A DNA stretch of 64,000 nucleotides, taken from Chiloscyllium plagiosum (taxonomy: Eukaryota). The stretch covers positions 86,932,274 through 86,996,273 of the forward strand of contig NC_057719.1 of assembly GCF_004010195.1 (NCBI RefSeq), written 5' to 3'. The position numbers and the translations under genes were made by a program. Within the stretch, counting starts at the first letter, position 1, and each line of letters begins with the position of its first letter. The notes under the pieces were generated by a model. That model worked only from the letters and a program-made list of their open reading frames with translations, had not been told where the DNA came from and ran no database searches. This document shows positions 37,991 through 51,584 of the stretch, piece by piece.

Positions 37991-38564
37991 ATATGAAAGC
38001 TAACAGCAAACACATTCATCAATATGGTAAGGTCTGGTGATAAGTGGGCTATAGCATATTTCACGTAAAATTTAGCAGTGAGAAATACAAAGTACTAATT
38101 TTTGATAGAGAAAAGGTGAGTAATATGGACTTAATAGTGCAGCTTTTAAAAGGGTGCAAAAACAGGTTTGAGGGTTCTAATACACAAATCTTTGAAGGTG
38201 AAGGAACGAGCAGTTCCTTCTCCAACATTTGCATCACTGCATTTCTTGTCTGTTTGTCCTCTTAGGCTCCTGCTGCAGACGATTAGAGAATGTTAATCTT
38301 TTGGCTACTTTCTTCAATGCTCCTACAGTTTTCTCTTCTATTGACCTTTTTTCTTGTAACTCTGCATGATGTTTCTCAGCTGGAGTATCATACTCAATTT
38401 GAAGCCCCTCACTTATGGAAGACTGTCGAGCTCAGTTAATGAGAATGCAACGATTTAATAGAATGGAAGAGTAAAGGAGTTTAGGTATCCTTCCAACTCA
38501 ATACAGGCTAGTCAGGGGGTACAAAAAGTTACCAAAATGGCAAATGGAAGGTTAGAATTGAGAT

Positions 38565-38604
38565 ACACACACACACACACACGCACACGCACACGCACAC
38601 GCAC
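38565..38604. repeat. (CA)n/(CACGCA)n microsatellite
   Basis: Direct reading. Confidence 0.9.
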
Positions 38605-38711
38605 TAAGAAATAATTCTTTAGATATATTTATCCTTGGTAAGTCTCCACCTGGAATATCGCATTCATTTGTGGCCGTTCCGGATTAATGAGAATTAGATA
38701 AAAGCTTGAAG

Positions 38712-39207
38712 GAATAGAACATGGAATAATACAGCACAGAACAGGCCCTTCGGCCCACGATGTTGTGCCGAACATTTGTCCTAGCTTAAGCATCCATCCA
38801 TGTACCTATCCGATTGCCGCTTAAAGGTCACTAAAGATTCTGACTCTACCACTCCCACAGGCAGCTCATTCCATGCCCCCACCACTCTCTGGGTAAAGAA
38901 CCCACCCCTGACATCTCCCCTATACCTTCCACCCTTCACCTTAAATTTATGTCCCCTTGTAACACTCTGTTGCACCCGGGGAAAAAGTTTCTGACTGTCT
39001 ACTCTATCTATTCCTCTGATCATCTTATAAATCTCTATCAAGTCAACCCTCATCCTTCGCCGTTCCAACGAGAAAAGGCCTAGCACTCTCAACCTATCCT
39101 CGTACGACCTATTCTCCATTCCAGGCAACATCCTGGTAAATCTTCTCTGCACCCTCTCCAAAGCTTCCACATCTTTCCTAAAGTGAGGCGACCAGAACTG
39201 CACACAG
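38712..39207 (-). mobile_element. Young CR1 3' fragment with uninterrupted reading frame
   Basis: ORF 38781-39203 QFWSPHFRKDVEALERVQRRFTRMLPGM...FFTQRVVGAWNELP. Confidence 0.9.
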
Positions 39208-41819
39208 TTTGATGTTACATTGGATAAATGTTGTTTGTACTTTCTTGAGCATCGAAAGTTGGGTTGACTGAATTAAGGTGTTTAACACCTCAGGGATTTA
39301 ATCAGCTGGTACAGAGAAACAGTTTCCCAATGGTGAATGTTGAACAATGGGAAAGCATTTGCACAGCCTAATTCTAATTTTGAGTGAAACCATAAAGTAC
39401 TTCGACACAAAAGTTAGTAGCAATCTGGACTTAGCTTAACAAAAGGCCATGGATTCTGCTGAGGTTTCAAACCAAATGTACCTCCAAACTGCGCAGCTGT
39501 GCAGCCCTCCTGACCATACATGCAAACTAACTGGTTCATATCTGGTTTCTCTAGCCGCTATTATGCGTGGACCTCTGAGGTCTGCTTAGCGGTTGGAAAA
39601 TGTTGAGGTGTAGGGATAACAGTGTTGAAATACAGGTCATAGATAATTTGATGATGTAGTTGAATGTGTTTGAAGAGCTGAATGGCCACTTCTTGTTCTC
39701 GTATTATAGCTGAGCCTGACCCTGCCTGCCTACTTTCCTTTGTCCATGTTTAGCCATTTCAGAGGACAATTAAGAGTCAACCACGTTAGTACGCATAATG
39801 AGTCAGATGTTAGGCCAGACCAAGTAAGGGTGACAGAGTTCCTTGTTCATTGAACCTAATGTGTTTTGCAACAATTAATAGTTTGTCATGGTCACCATCA
39901 GTGAGACTAGCTTTTAGTTTAATATAATTAAATTTAAATTCCATCACCTGTCACAGTGGGATTTGAAACATCGGCCCCAGAGCATTAGCGTGGGCTTGTG
40001 GATTACTAATCCAATGATCGTACACTATGTCACCTTCTTACTCCATGTGCATATACTGTGATACTAATCCTGTGAAAAGTAGGATTTCTCCTTGTCCAGT
40101 TCCCGTTGAAGCAGCCATGCAATTGCTCTTTGTGACTGCTAATTCAACACTGGATCTTGTCTGTGTAGCTGTACAAAGTTAATGTATTGGAAGAATGTGG
40201 TTGGTAAAACATTGATAGCACTGCTGTGCCAGCCATGGGTGTTGGTGCAGGTTTATTCGCTTTTTCCAATACCTGTTATTACACCTACATTTGTGCACAT
40301 GCAATATGATGATATGCATTTGTTTGTTCTGTGGGATTGCAGTCCCATGTGTTAGAGTATTATTTTGCCATTGTTTTTTCCTTCAACATGGTTTCTGGCA
40401 GGCTACTATATCTTAGTAAGGAAAAAACCTACATAGTATCAGAAGGCAATTGAATGCCATGGGAAGCAGAACCCTTGTATGCTTGACAGCTGACTCAGTG
40501 ACTAAATCCCTTATTTAAAAGATGTTAAAGGTAATTGCATCATTCTGAATGATCCCCAGCTAAAATCAGTGAGACCATGGATCAAGCTAGGTACCTTGCA
40601 TGTATCAGGATGTCAAATGTGTTTTATTTTTAAATTTAAAAGTAATATGCACCTGGGGGTGGTGTTGGGGAGGGGGGGGTGATTGAATCAAGAGGCATAT
40701 CTCAGTAAGAGATGGATTGACAAATTGAGAGAAAATATTTAAATAAGTGGTGTTGCAAGTATTTAGAAGATGATACCTGTGGCAAATTCTTGTCTGCTAT
40801 TCCAGCAATATTTGCACCATCTAGTCATCAAACCAGTAAACATACTTCTCCTGAAGAGTAGCCACTGGACCTGAAAGGTTAACTGGGATTTCTCTCCACA
40901 CATGCTGCCAGACCTGAGTTTTTCCAGCGATCTTTACTTGTGTTTCTGTATACCTGTCTCACTATCTCCATCACTGAGGTTTTACTAATTTTGCATGTGA
41001 AACATGCCAGCAACCAGGATAAATTGCATGCTAGTCTTCCCCCTCAGCTCTCTACTTGGAGCGATTTGATGAAAGTCAGCCCAAGTGGAATGTTTGGCGA
41101 GTGCTGGATTCCAATTGCAGTGTTCAAACAGTTACGGAACAGTTATTGGTTACCGTGAATTGCAAAGGAAAAATGAGACAGTTTGTGATCTTGATTTGTG
41201 CTATTGCATCAGAAACAGTAGACAATCAGCAGGCTGAGACGTTATTTGGTTTTGCTTTTAGTTCATGCCTGATCCGGAACCTTCGACATGAGTTCTTGGT
41301 CATCTGTTAACGATGCCAGGACCTTCTTTGTTCCAAGGAGGTTCATGAAGGTATAAAACTTTGTCCACAGGTATTGTAACATTGTCAATGTTACAAATGT
41401 TGTCTTTTGTTTGAGTATCTGCAGTACTTGCTGATTACTCAGTCCAAATAGAAACCAAGCCAAGGCATTCGAGTTTGTCATGAGCAATCATTTGTTAACT
41501 GATTGTCCACCTAAGAAATTGTCTCACCTGGCTGATGAGTCCAATCGCAGCATTGCGTTTCTGATTGTGTGAAATAAAACAAAGAACTGTTGATGCTGAA
41601 TATCTGATACACACAAACATATGCAGAGAAACTCAGGTCTGGAAGTATCTATGGAGAGAAAGCAGAGTTCACATTTCAAGATGTTACTTCTGATTTCTCT
41701 CCACAGATGTGCCAGACCTGAGTTTAACAGGTGTTTCTGGGAGATGGAGTTGACCCTTGGCCTTGATCATTTGGCACTCTTTTCTCTGGTTCCTTTTCCA
41801 TACTTCATTTTGTCAATAG

Positions 41820-43690
41820 ATTTTCTCAAAGAACTGTGTCCGTTTCTTACAGGAGGTTTCTCCAAGTTGACTACATGTTGACATCCATATTGTATTTCTT
41901 GAAGGAAGCCTTCAGGCAGTCTTTGGATTGCTGCCTTTGTATTCCTGTAATTTTAGTGTCTTCCTTGAACTGGGTAGAGAAGATTTGCTTTAGCAGTCAG
42001 AACTTTGGTATCCTTAGCAAAGACTCGCCCAGTGATGCTGGTTTTGGATGATTGTGGTCTGTCCTAGTAGTGCTGTAGGCAACTTCAAGGACACTGATGT
42101 TAAAAAGCCTATTTTCCAGCTGATGTGGAGAATCCTTTTCATGCAGTAATGGTACTGATCAAGGACTTGAGGTAGCATCTGCATGTAGTCCAAGTTTCAA
42201 CACCATATAGAGAGTTGGAATGATGACTATCTTTTACATAAGGATCTTGGTATTGTCACAGACATCATAGTCATCAAAGATTCTCTTACTTTGCCATCCA
42301 AAAGCAATACTTGTGGATTGGATGCAGAGTAACATCTCTGCATTGATGTCAGCCTTAGATGAGAGGTAGTTTCCCAGGTAGGGGAAATGCTCCATATTTG
42401 GGAGGATTTCTTTGTTGATCTTAATGGAGGAATGGGCAGAACCTGTCCTGGCTCATGCTGATAAAGATGTTGAGTCTTGGCAAGGCTGAGACCAATATTT
42501 TTAAGCCTTGTTTAATATCTTTGTGGAAGTTTCTTTTCTGGGAGTGGCAGGTGATGACTTCATCTGCTTGCTGAAATCATCACAAGTGCAGTTGGTGTCA
42601 TTTTCTTGGATTTCAACTGTTTGAGGTTGACAAGTTTTCTGTGCCTTCTGTAGGGAACGTCCACGCCACGAGAAAGCTTGTTATTGATACGATGAAGATG
42701 GAACAAAGGCAGGTTTCATGACACACCGCTGCTTGACTCCCACTTTGACCTCAGGATTCTGTCATATTACTTTCAGTGAAGCCTCTTGGCAACATCTTGA
42801 CATGGAGGAACTGGAGATGTTAATGAATTTTGCTCGATAGCTGGCCTTTAACTGTATCTTCCATAGCATTTCCCAACTGACTGAGTCAAAAAGCCTTGGT
42901 CAGAATGACAAAAGCCACGTCAAGTGTTTGGTGGTGATCTAGGCATTTGTTGAGTTGCTGAGCAGTGTAAATCATGTTCACTGTTTGTTTAGTCCACCAA
43001 AGGCTGATTGTCGATTTGATATCTTGGATGATGATATCATTCTCGTTGAACCAGTCTTGGTGTTTTCTGGCCTTGTAACTCATGGTTTCTTCACAGCTTG
43101 AAATGGTTGGCTGTCTTCAGCTATTTCCAGATTTCCTTTACTCTATTAGGATGAACTCTTAGGGACTTTTGGTCAAGACATTATTAGTGGTTTGCTAGAT
43201 TGTTTGTTTCTTGAAGCAGCTCAATATTGAGCTTTTGTTTTAATTGAAATCCTTATTTGTCTTGAGCTACTTGTGGGGTTTGATGGCATAAAAGAATGAA
43301 TTAACCTGTAGTCTGTCCAGTAGTTCTCTGCACTGTTAATCACTTTGATAACGAGGGCATCATTTCGTCCCTGGATCATATGATGACGTTGTCAATCATG
43401 TGCTTTGCTGATGAATGCCTCCAAGAAGACTTGAACTTACCTATTTGGTGGAACGGTATGTTGGTGACCAGCTCTGCTCCATGTGTTTAGTGAGCAAGAG
43501 AATCCAGCTGCAATTACAATTTCCAATCCCTTCCTTTCCAATTTATTCTTCTAGGGAGGTGCCTTCTGCAGGATATCTTGTAATGTGGGATGTCTGTTGC
43601 ATGTCAGTTTCATGGTTCTTGGCTGAAGTTAGAACTCATTCTAGTGGCAAGGATTCTACCTACTGCTGCAGCCTTCACCATTGCAACCAT
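41820..43690 (-). mobile_element. Decayed RTE-clade LINE
   Basis: RKHQDWFNEND (42886-43083), VKVGVKQRCVM-like at ~42715-42750, EHFPYLGNYLS-like at ~42365-42395. Confidence 0.8.
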
Positions 43691-44049
43691 TGATATTGCG
43701 TGAAAATCTTCCTCATCAATCAGCCTTGAGGACTTGTTATGGATTGCAATTGCTCTGGTACCTCCCATCTGGTATCATGGGTGATCCTGCAAGGATTTGA
43801 GGACTCCTATATGCATTGCTTTCGGGGTCAACTGAATACTGGCATCTCGACAACAGCAAGGTGGCAAACCATGGAAAGGGTTAGTGTGCTACAAACTATG
43901 CTTTGTGTTCAAACGCTTGTCAAAAATAAACTGCAATATCACTTTGTACCAATCTGAAACTATTTTAACAGGGAAAAGTAATGTGTTTAATTTTGGTGGG
44001 AAGTTTATTTGTGACCAACAAGACTTATAGAGCCTATGATATAATGCAA

Positions 44050-44735
44050 TATTCAGCATTCTAAAATGACAAGTGATACAGTGCCATATCAGATGATGAT
44101 ATGGGCAGATGCTCAAATTCTTGGTCACTGAGGTAGGTTTTTAAGAAGAAACCTGAAAAAAAAAGGAAAGTGAGGTGGAGATGGAAAGTGGAAGAAGTCC
44201 CAAAGCTTGGGCTGTGGCAACTGAAAGCATGGCCACCATTGATGGAACAATTTGGAACAGACAAGGGATCCAATATAGTTTTGGAGGAATTGGGCAGTTT
44301 ATGAAACAAGAATAAGTTGTAGAGATGGGAGGAGGGCAAGCCTTAGAGATTTGAAAACAGAAATGATTTTGAAATCAGTAATGCTCGATGGGGCAATGCA
44401 ACTACCTGTAAGTTAAGATACTGGCAGCAGAATTAAGTTCAAGTTTATAATAGAATCTAAGAGAGCAGTCAAAGGTGTGTTGGAATAGTTGAGTTGGAAG
44501 GTAATGTAGGCATGGAGGAGGGTTCCAGAAGCAGATCACTTGAGACAAGTAAATATGATGTGTTGCAAATAAATTGGCTTAAACTGACTCTTGCCAGGGA
44601 GTGGATTGACATCAGTAATGGAGACCAAAGTGGGGACCAAAACAATGGCTTCAGTCTTCCCAAAATTTAACTGGAGAAAACTTGTGGCTATCCAGTGCTG
44701 GATGTCTGATGAGCTGCCTGATAATTCAGCATCTA
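44050..44735 (-). mobile_element. L2-clade LINE 3' fragment
   Basis: SDIQHWIATSFLQLNFGKTEAIV; GGHAFSCHSP; LKTYL. Confidence 0.75.
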
Positions 44736-44754
44736 GAGAGGTGGCACACGTGAA

Positions 44755-47730
44755 AGTTGGACTTGTACACTTAATGGTAAGATTGTGGGGAGTGTTGCTG
44801 AACAAAGACCTTGGAGTGCAGGTTCATAGTTCCTTGAAAATGGAGTCCCAGGTAGATGGGGTTGTGAAGAAGGCATTTGGTACACTTTATTAGACAGTGC
44901 ATTGAGCATAGGAGTTGGGAGGTAATGTTGCAGCTGTACAGGACGTTGGTTGGGCCACTTTTGGAATGTTGTGTGCAATTTTAATCTCTCTCCTATAGGA
45001 AGGATGTTGTGAAACTTGAAAGGGTTCAGAAAAGGTTTACAAGGATATTGCCAGGGTTGGAGGGTTTGTCCTTTAGGGAAAAGCTGTATAGGTTTGGGCT
45101 GTTTTCTCTGGAGCATCAGAGGCTGAGAGGTGACCATAAAGGGGCTTATAAAATCATGAGGGGCATGGATAGGGTAAATAGACAAGGTCTTTTCTCTGGG
45201 ATGGGGGAGTCCAGAACTAGAGGCCATAGGTTGATGTTGAGAGGGCAAAGATATAAAAGGGACTGATGTGCAGGATTTTCACGCAAAGACTTTGTGTAAG
45301 GCAACAGAAAATGTGGAGTCGTTGTTCCTCATGCAAGTGTACCAAGAGGATGGCTAGGGATAGTGGAGGGAACTTGTGCCTGGCATCAGAGGAGGTAGGG
45401 GAGGTTCTTAATTAATACTTCGCTTCAGTATTCTGTAGTGAGAGGGACCTTGTCGTTTGTGAGGACAGTGTGAAACAGATTGATGTTGAGGAGGAGGATA
45501 CATGAGGCTAGATAAATTCGCTGGGCCATATGGGATATACCCAAGGTTACTATGGGAAGTGAGGGAAGAGATTGCGCCTTTGGCGATGATTTTTGCATCC
45601 TCACTGTCCGTTGCAGTCATGCCAGATGATTGGAAGGTGGCAATGTTATTCCCTTGTTCAAGAAAGGGAAAAGGAATCACCTTGGAAATTACAAACCAGT
45701 CAGTCTTACGTTGGTGGTGGCCAAATTATTAGCGAGGATTCAGGGAGTTAGGATTTATGATGATTTTGGAAAAGCATAGCCTGAATAGAGATAGTCAGCA
45801 TGGTTTTGTGAGAGGCAGGTCATGTCTCATAAACCTCCTGGAATTCTTCAAGGATATGACAGAACAAATTGTGAAGGTAGAGCAGTGGGTGTGGTGTATG
45901 GATTTTAGCAAGATGTTTGATAAGGTTCCCTATGGTAGGCTCATTGAGACAGTAAGGAGGCGTGGGATACAGGAAAATTTGGCTATCTGGACACAGAATT
46001 GGCTGGCCCAAAGAAGATAGAGGATGGTGGTAGATGGAAAGTCTTCAACCTGGAGCTCAGTGTCCAGTGGTGCTTCGCAGGGATTTGTTCTGGGACCTCT
46101 GGTCTGTGATTTTTATAAATGACTTGGATAAGAAAGTGGAAGAGTGGGTTAGTAAGTTGACCAATGACATGAAGGCTGGAGTTCTGGATAGTGTGGAGGG
46201 CTGTGAAAGGTTGCAACAGGATGTTGACAGGATGCAGAACTGGGCTGAGAAGTGGCAGATGAAGTTCAACCTGGAAAAGAGTGAAGTGATTAGTTTTGGA
46301 AAGTCTAATTTGAATGCAGATTATGGGGTTAAAGGCAAAACTCCTGGCAGTGTGCAGGAATCGAGGCATCTTGGGGTCAATGTGCACACATCCCTCAAAA
46401 GTTTCCACTCCAGTTGCTAGGGTGGTTAAGGTGTATTAGGAGAAAGTGAGGACTGCAGATGCTGGAGACCAGAGTTGAAAAGTGTGGTGCCGGAAAAGCG
46501 AAGCAGGCCAGGCAGTATCCAAGGAGCAGGAGAATCGATGTTTCAGGCATAAGGGTTTATGCCCGAAACGTAGATTCTCCTGTTCCTCAGATGCTGCCTG
46601 GCCTGCTGCGCTTTTCCAGCACCACACGTTTCAACTCTGGTTAAGGTGTATGTTGTGTTCACTTTCATGAGCAGGGAGATTGTTTTAAAGAGCAGCGAGG
46701 TTATGCTGCAGCTCTATAAAGCCCTGCTTGTTGTGGATGCTTTATAGGGTACAGAAGAGATTGACCAGGATGCTGCCTGCACTGGAGGGCATGTCTAAAT
46801 GTTCTTGAAAATGGTGAATATAACACACCTGTGTAAGAAGAGAGGGAGGCAGAAGACATGAAATTATAGACCAGTTGGCCTGACCCGTCATTGGTAAGAT
46901 TTTAGATTGCGGTACACTTGGAAGTTCACGGTAAAATATGGCTGAATCAACATGGCTTCATCAAAGAGAGGTCACATCTGACAAATCTGATAAAATTCTT
47001 TGAGGAGGAAATGAGCGAGTTAGACAAAGGAGAGTCAGTGGAAATTACCTATCTGGATTTCCTGAAGGTCTTTGACAAGGTGCCATCCAGGAGGCTGCTA
47101 CAGAAGAACCCGTGGTGTCAGGGACAAAGTACAGGCACGCTTCGAGACCTGGCTGACTGGCAGAAGGCACAGTGGGGATAAACTGATCTTTTTCAGGCTA
47201 GCAACCAGTAACTAACTGATTTCCACAGGGGTCCATATTAGGACCGCAGCTCTGCACGCTATACATCAACGATCTGGACAAAGGAACTGAGGGTATTGTT
47301 GCTCCGGTTGCAGATGACAAAGATAGGTGGAAGGGCAAGCTGTATTGAGGAAGGAGGCTGCAGAAGATCTTGGACAGCTGAGTACAGTGGGTGGAGAAGT
47401 CGCAGATGGAATACAGCATGATAGATCATACATTTTTATGGGAATAGGGGAATTGACTATATTTTTAAAATGGAGAAAGGCTTCAGGAATCTGAAGCCCA
47501 GTGGGACTTGAGAGTCCTAGTTCAGGATTCTCTTAAGGTTGAGTTGGAGGTTCAGTCGGCAAGTGCAATGTTTGCATTGATTTCAAGAGGACAGGAGTAC
47601 AAGAGCAGAGTTTGAAAAGTGTGGCGCTGGAAAAGCATGGCAGGCCAGACAGAATCTGAGGAGCAGGAGAGTCTGTTTTGGACGTAAGCCGTTTATCAGG
47701 AATGAGGCTGAGAGTTGAGGGGGTGGACCA
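44755..47730 (+). mobile_element. Stacked CR1/HER1 fragments (~44755-45265, 45365-46795, 46800-47730) with pLTR insertions
   Basis: Repeated CR1 RT motifs (QHGFVRGRSCL, FINDLD, DFLKVFDKVP). Confidence 0.85.
46437..46637. mobile_element. Fold-back pLTR mini-element
   Basis: Arms meet at ggcataagggtttatgcc; TSD tggttaaggtgtat at 46423-46436 and 46638-46651. Confidence 0.9.
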
Positions 47731-48384
47731 TTCAACAGTGTCACACCCACTAACAGGAATCAATGTAATTAGCAGGTATTGTGCCCATCTGATTTTCTAA
47801 GTCTTAGTCAGCCTTACTTGCATGACAATGAAAGTGTTACTTGTCTACTTTCGGCTCATTGCATTATTTTGTGTAGATTACTCGATGTCAGTTGCACAAC
47901 ATGCACAGCAAATGGACTATGTCTCTGCAAACAGTTTCAAGTTGTTTTGCATGTGGCGTTCGGCTGTAGGCATGCTGAATGCTGCACTTGTCTGTACTGT
48001 TGAATTTGAATGCAGGAAACTTTTGGCTGTGCAGCATTGAGGGTGAGAAGCCAGTATTGTGCTTAATACATTTTTGGTGATTGCCCAAGTCTGGAACTTC
48101 ACATATGAATCATTGTGAGAGTCTCAGAAAAAGCAGGAATTCGAGGGCACAAAGGGCATTGGACTTCAGATTGTAATCAATTTTAGATCCATATTAGTTT
48201 ATTGTAATTGTTGCCAAAGTGAAATCCTGCTGACCATTTCCAGTTCAATGCCTTCTGATCTCGCTAAATTATTTCACTGACTCCTGAAGTCCACAAGGTA
48301 ATGCATTATGCCTTTCTAGCAGTGTTAATTATATAATTAACTTAGGCACCTGAAGGGCTTTATTTAATGCAAGAATTGGAGGGG

Positions 48385-48490
48385 GCGGGTGTTCATATGG
48401 TACAGTGGTGGTGTCCCTATCTTTGGACACAGAAGGTCAGGTTCAAGTCCCATCCACAAGTTTGTAATAACCTCTCTGAACAGTTTTCCC
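48385..48490 (+). mobile_element. Short tRNA-derived SINE head
   Basis: A-box tggtacagtgg, B-box ggttcaagtcc; minus copies at ~24430-24517, 55505-55577, 58205-58300, 60005-60090. Confidence 0.6.
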
Positions 48491-49737
48491 TGACTTAATT
48501 TCCAATCACATCAATGAGAGAGGAAATGATCAATCCCTAGTGTCCTGCCAGTACTTCAATCATTCTTTGCACATGATCTTAATCAGTGGTACGAGATTTC
48601 ATGCTAGATGCCTACACCTATATATTTTGCCATTATACTTACTGAGAGACCTTAATAGGAGGAACCTTGGAGGTTTCCCCTCTTTACTCACCATCCCTGC
48701 ACAGTTCAGGAGCAGTGAGATCAATTGTTTAATGTCAGCCACAGGAGTACCAACTGTCTCTTTGACCAGGATTCACCTTATCTAAAGGCGATATGCAAAA
48801 CAGTTGAATGAGTGTAGAAATATGTAACTTGGCTAATAAACGTAGTTTTATGGAAGAGTCAAAACATGTGCAATGAATAAGGGATAGGAACAGAAACTGT
48901 TGCATCAGAATCCTTTCTAACTTTCCTCATTTGATGGCAGTACAACTTCTGAGTCCAAAGGTTGTCAGTACAAGGTTCAAGTCCCACACTTGGGTGCATA
49001 ATCTAAACTGTCACTCGTGTACATTACTGAGGACCTGCTTTTTAAAGTACTGTTTCTATTGATAGAAGTATAAACTGGAAAGCTGTCTACCTGGGTGAAT
49101 ATGTTGGTAATCCCATGCCACGATTTCAACAAGAGTAGTGAAGTCTCCTAATGCTCCTCTCTCAACCAATACTTTTTCAATACCAGTATTAATTTTTTGG
49201 TATAATGTTGACCTTTTTCTTTTGTTGTACTTGCAATGTAAACCATGCCGGTCAGACTCTGTTTATTTCCCACAGTTGTTTTATTAGGCAGCAATTATTT
49301 GTCAGAGTGTGTCTTGTCCATTGGCTCAGAACAGACTAGCAAAGTCCTTTCTCAAACCTAGATTTGAACAAATGACTGGCTTTTATGGTCCTTTGCTTTG
49401 ATCAGCTAGTTTTATTATGTTTAACATGCAATTTGAAGTTGTTTTCTAGGTTGCTGGCCTAGCCTTTTAACCATTGCTTTGCTGTGCATTGTATTTTGGA
49501 GTGCCTTTTGTGAGGTGTGATTCTTTCCTGAACAACCTCAGCAACTCTGGTCCCTTGAGTCAGACTCCTGCTCTGGCCTTCTGTAGTTTGGTATTGCCTT
49601 CCAAGAATAGCTTTCGCACTTTCTCTATAGCTTTAGAGCTGTTCGTTTTACTTAGTTAAAAATCTCACGTCATTAGGTTTTGTTCAGCAGGTTTAATTGG
49701 AAACACTAGCTTTCAGAGCGGCACTCAGTCATCAGGT

Positions 49738-50038
49738 TAGCACTGCTGCCTCACAGCGCCTGAGACCCGGGTTCACTTCCCGCCTCAGGCGACTGACTGT
49801 GTGGAGTTTGCCCGTTCTCCCCGTGTCTGCGTGGGTTTCCTCCGGGTGCTCCGGTTTCCTCCCACAGTCACAAAGATGTGCAGGGTCAGGTGAATTGGCC
49901 ATGCTAAATTGCCCGTAGTGTTAGGTAACGGGTAAATGTAGGGGTATGGGTGGGTTTCGCTTCGGCGGGTCGGTGTGGACTTGTTGGGCCGAAGGGCCTG
50001 TTTCCACACTGTAATGTAATCTAATCTAATCTAATCTA
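49738..50038 (+). mobile_element. HE1 SINE (young) inserted in a pLTR-type element
   Basis: CpG-retaining HE1 body, (TAATC)n tail, flanking atcaggt at 49731-49737 and 50039-50045. Confidence 0.92.
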
Positions 50039-51019
50039 ATCAGGTGGTTGTGACACCCCAGCCCAACCCCGGCATCTCCAAACCATGATGTTTTACTGAA
50101 GTTTTTTCCCCTGCATTGCCTACTTTGAGCAGTTAAATTTTACTTTGAAAAATGCTGACTCAACTTTTTCTGTGCCCTTACTTTGATGCTCTATTTATTC
50201 TGTTCCAGTACTATTACTTGGTTTTAAAGCTCTGATCAATCTCTTTTTTACAGTAAGATACTTCAAAGAGCTGTCAGTTTGGATGGCTGTGGTAGAACAT
50301 GTGATGTGTTGATGTCCTGTTGTTGGAGTTGCTAATAAAAATCACTGGGAGTTTCACTGCAAGGAGGAAAATTCTTAGCAAACTGAGGTGTTGTGCAGCT
50401 TTGGGACTGGTGGCAAACAACCATTGTTAGAGTCCTGTGAAAACAATTGCAGTTAAGTTCAATTCCTGGTGTGAAAATCTTGGATGGAACGTGGGCTGTT
50501 AGTGTGACAAAATATTTTGTCATTGGTTGCTCAGTTGTAGTGAAAATATCAGGTTGTCAGTGATAAATGTGCTTCCTTCACTCTGAAAGATGAAGGGTCT
50601 GATTCCTTTTGAACCTTACATTTACTCATCTACAGACTGAAGTCATCTTATGTACAGCTTTTTGGAACCAAGTTGAGAACTACAATTTTCCTAATCCATT
50701 GGTCGTATGTTGAAATATTATTTAAAGAAATACTTCAATAAATTTAGAAAAACACTTTTTTTTCCTCCATAATCCCTTTTCACAAATTGCCACGCTCATG
50801 TGCCAGCACTTTCTGATGTTTGGTGAATGCGTTCTGCAAGGGGATATAGAGGATTATAAATGCATGGTGTAAAATTTTGTGCTCTAACTAGGAGCTCCTG
50901 TAAGGCAGCATTCCACTTATTCTGCCGCTTTGAAAGTATTGATTTGCTAGAGTATGGATTAGCAGGTGACTGGAGTCTTGTATTACCCGAGTCATGTGAC
51001 TTTCTATATTAATTGATGT

Positions 51020-51330
51020 GATGTGGATGTCACTGGCTTGGCCAGCATTTATTGCCCATCTCTAATTGCCATGAGGCAACCATGTCGCCGACGGTTTGGA
51101 GCTTAAGTGAAGGCCTGACTCTAAGTACTGCAAATGCTCTCCCGAAACGCAATTTGCAAACCTGATGAATTTTTGTAACAACTGCTTTGTTTAACTCCCA
51201 AGTTTTGTATCTCAGTTGAAATTACACAGCCATGGTGGGATTCTAACCCATGTCCACCAAAACATTTAGCCCGGGGTTCTGAATTACCCATCCAGTTGTA
51301 ATTACCACTATGTGACTGCTTTCCCTCCAT
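51020..51330 (-). mobile_element. tRNA-derived SINE with L2-like tail (family also at ~39760-40045 minus and ~60720-60960 plus)
   Basis: Shared ccatggtgggatt(t/c)...aaccc...ccagaacat and cactggc..ggccagcatttattgccc motifs. Confidence 0.6.
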
Positions 51331-51584
51331 TATTTGTATGGATCTGCTTAGAGAGATATTAGTTTGTTGATTTGTTCAAAACATTTTGGCTGTGCCTGAT
51401 AGGCTTTGCATTAGGGAGTGCTGAACGTAATCAGGAATGAGAATCGTACGCAATTTCTGCTGAGTTTATAAATTTTGAAAATTATACAAGCCTAATGTCT
51501 AATTTATTCTCTGCCGGGAGAGTATGCACAGAGTGCACAACATTCTGGGATCTGATTACCACTTCATGGGGGAATACTGCAATA

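Noticed and set aside
47740..48350. Apparently unique intronic stretch with short ORFs
   Set aside because: No splice-consistent exon or recognisable motif; conservation cannot be judged without alignments.
48385..48490. tRNA gene
   Set aside because: A and B boxes are present but no full cloverleaf; multiple decayed copies indicate a SINE head.
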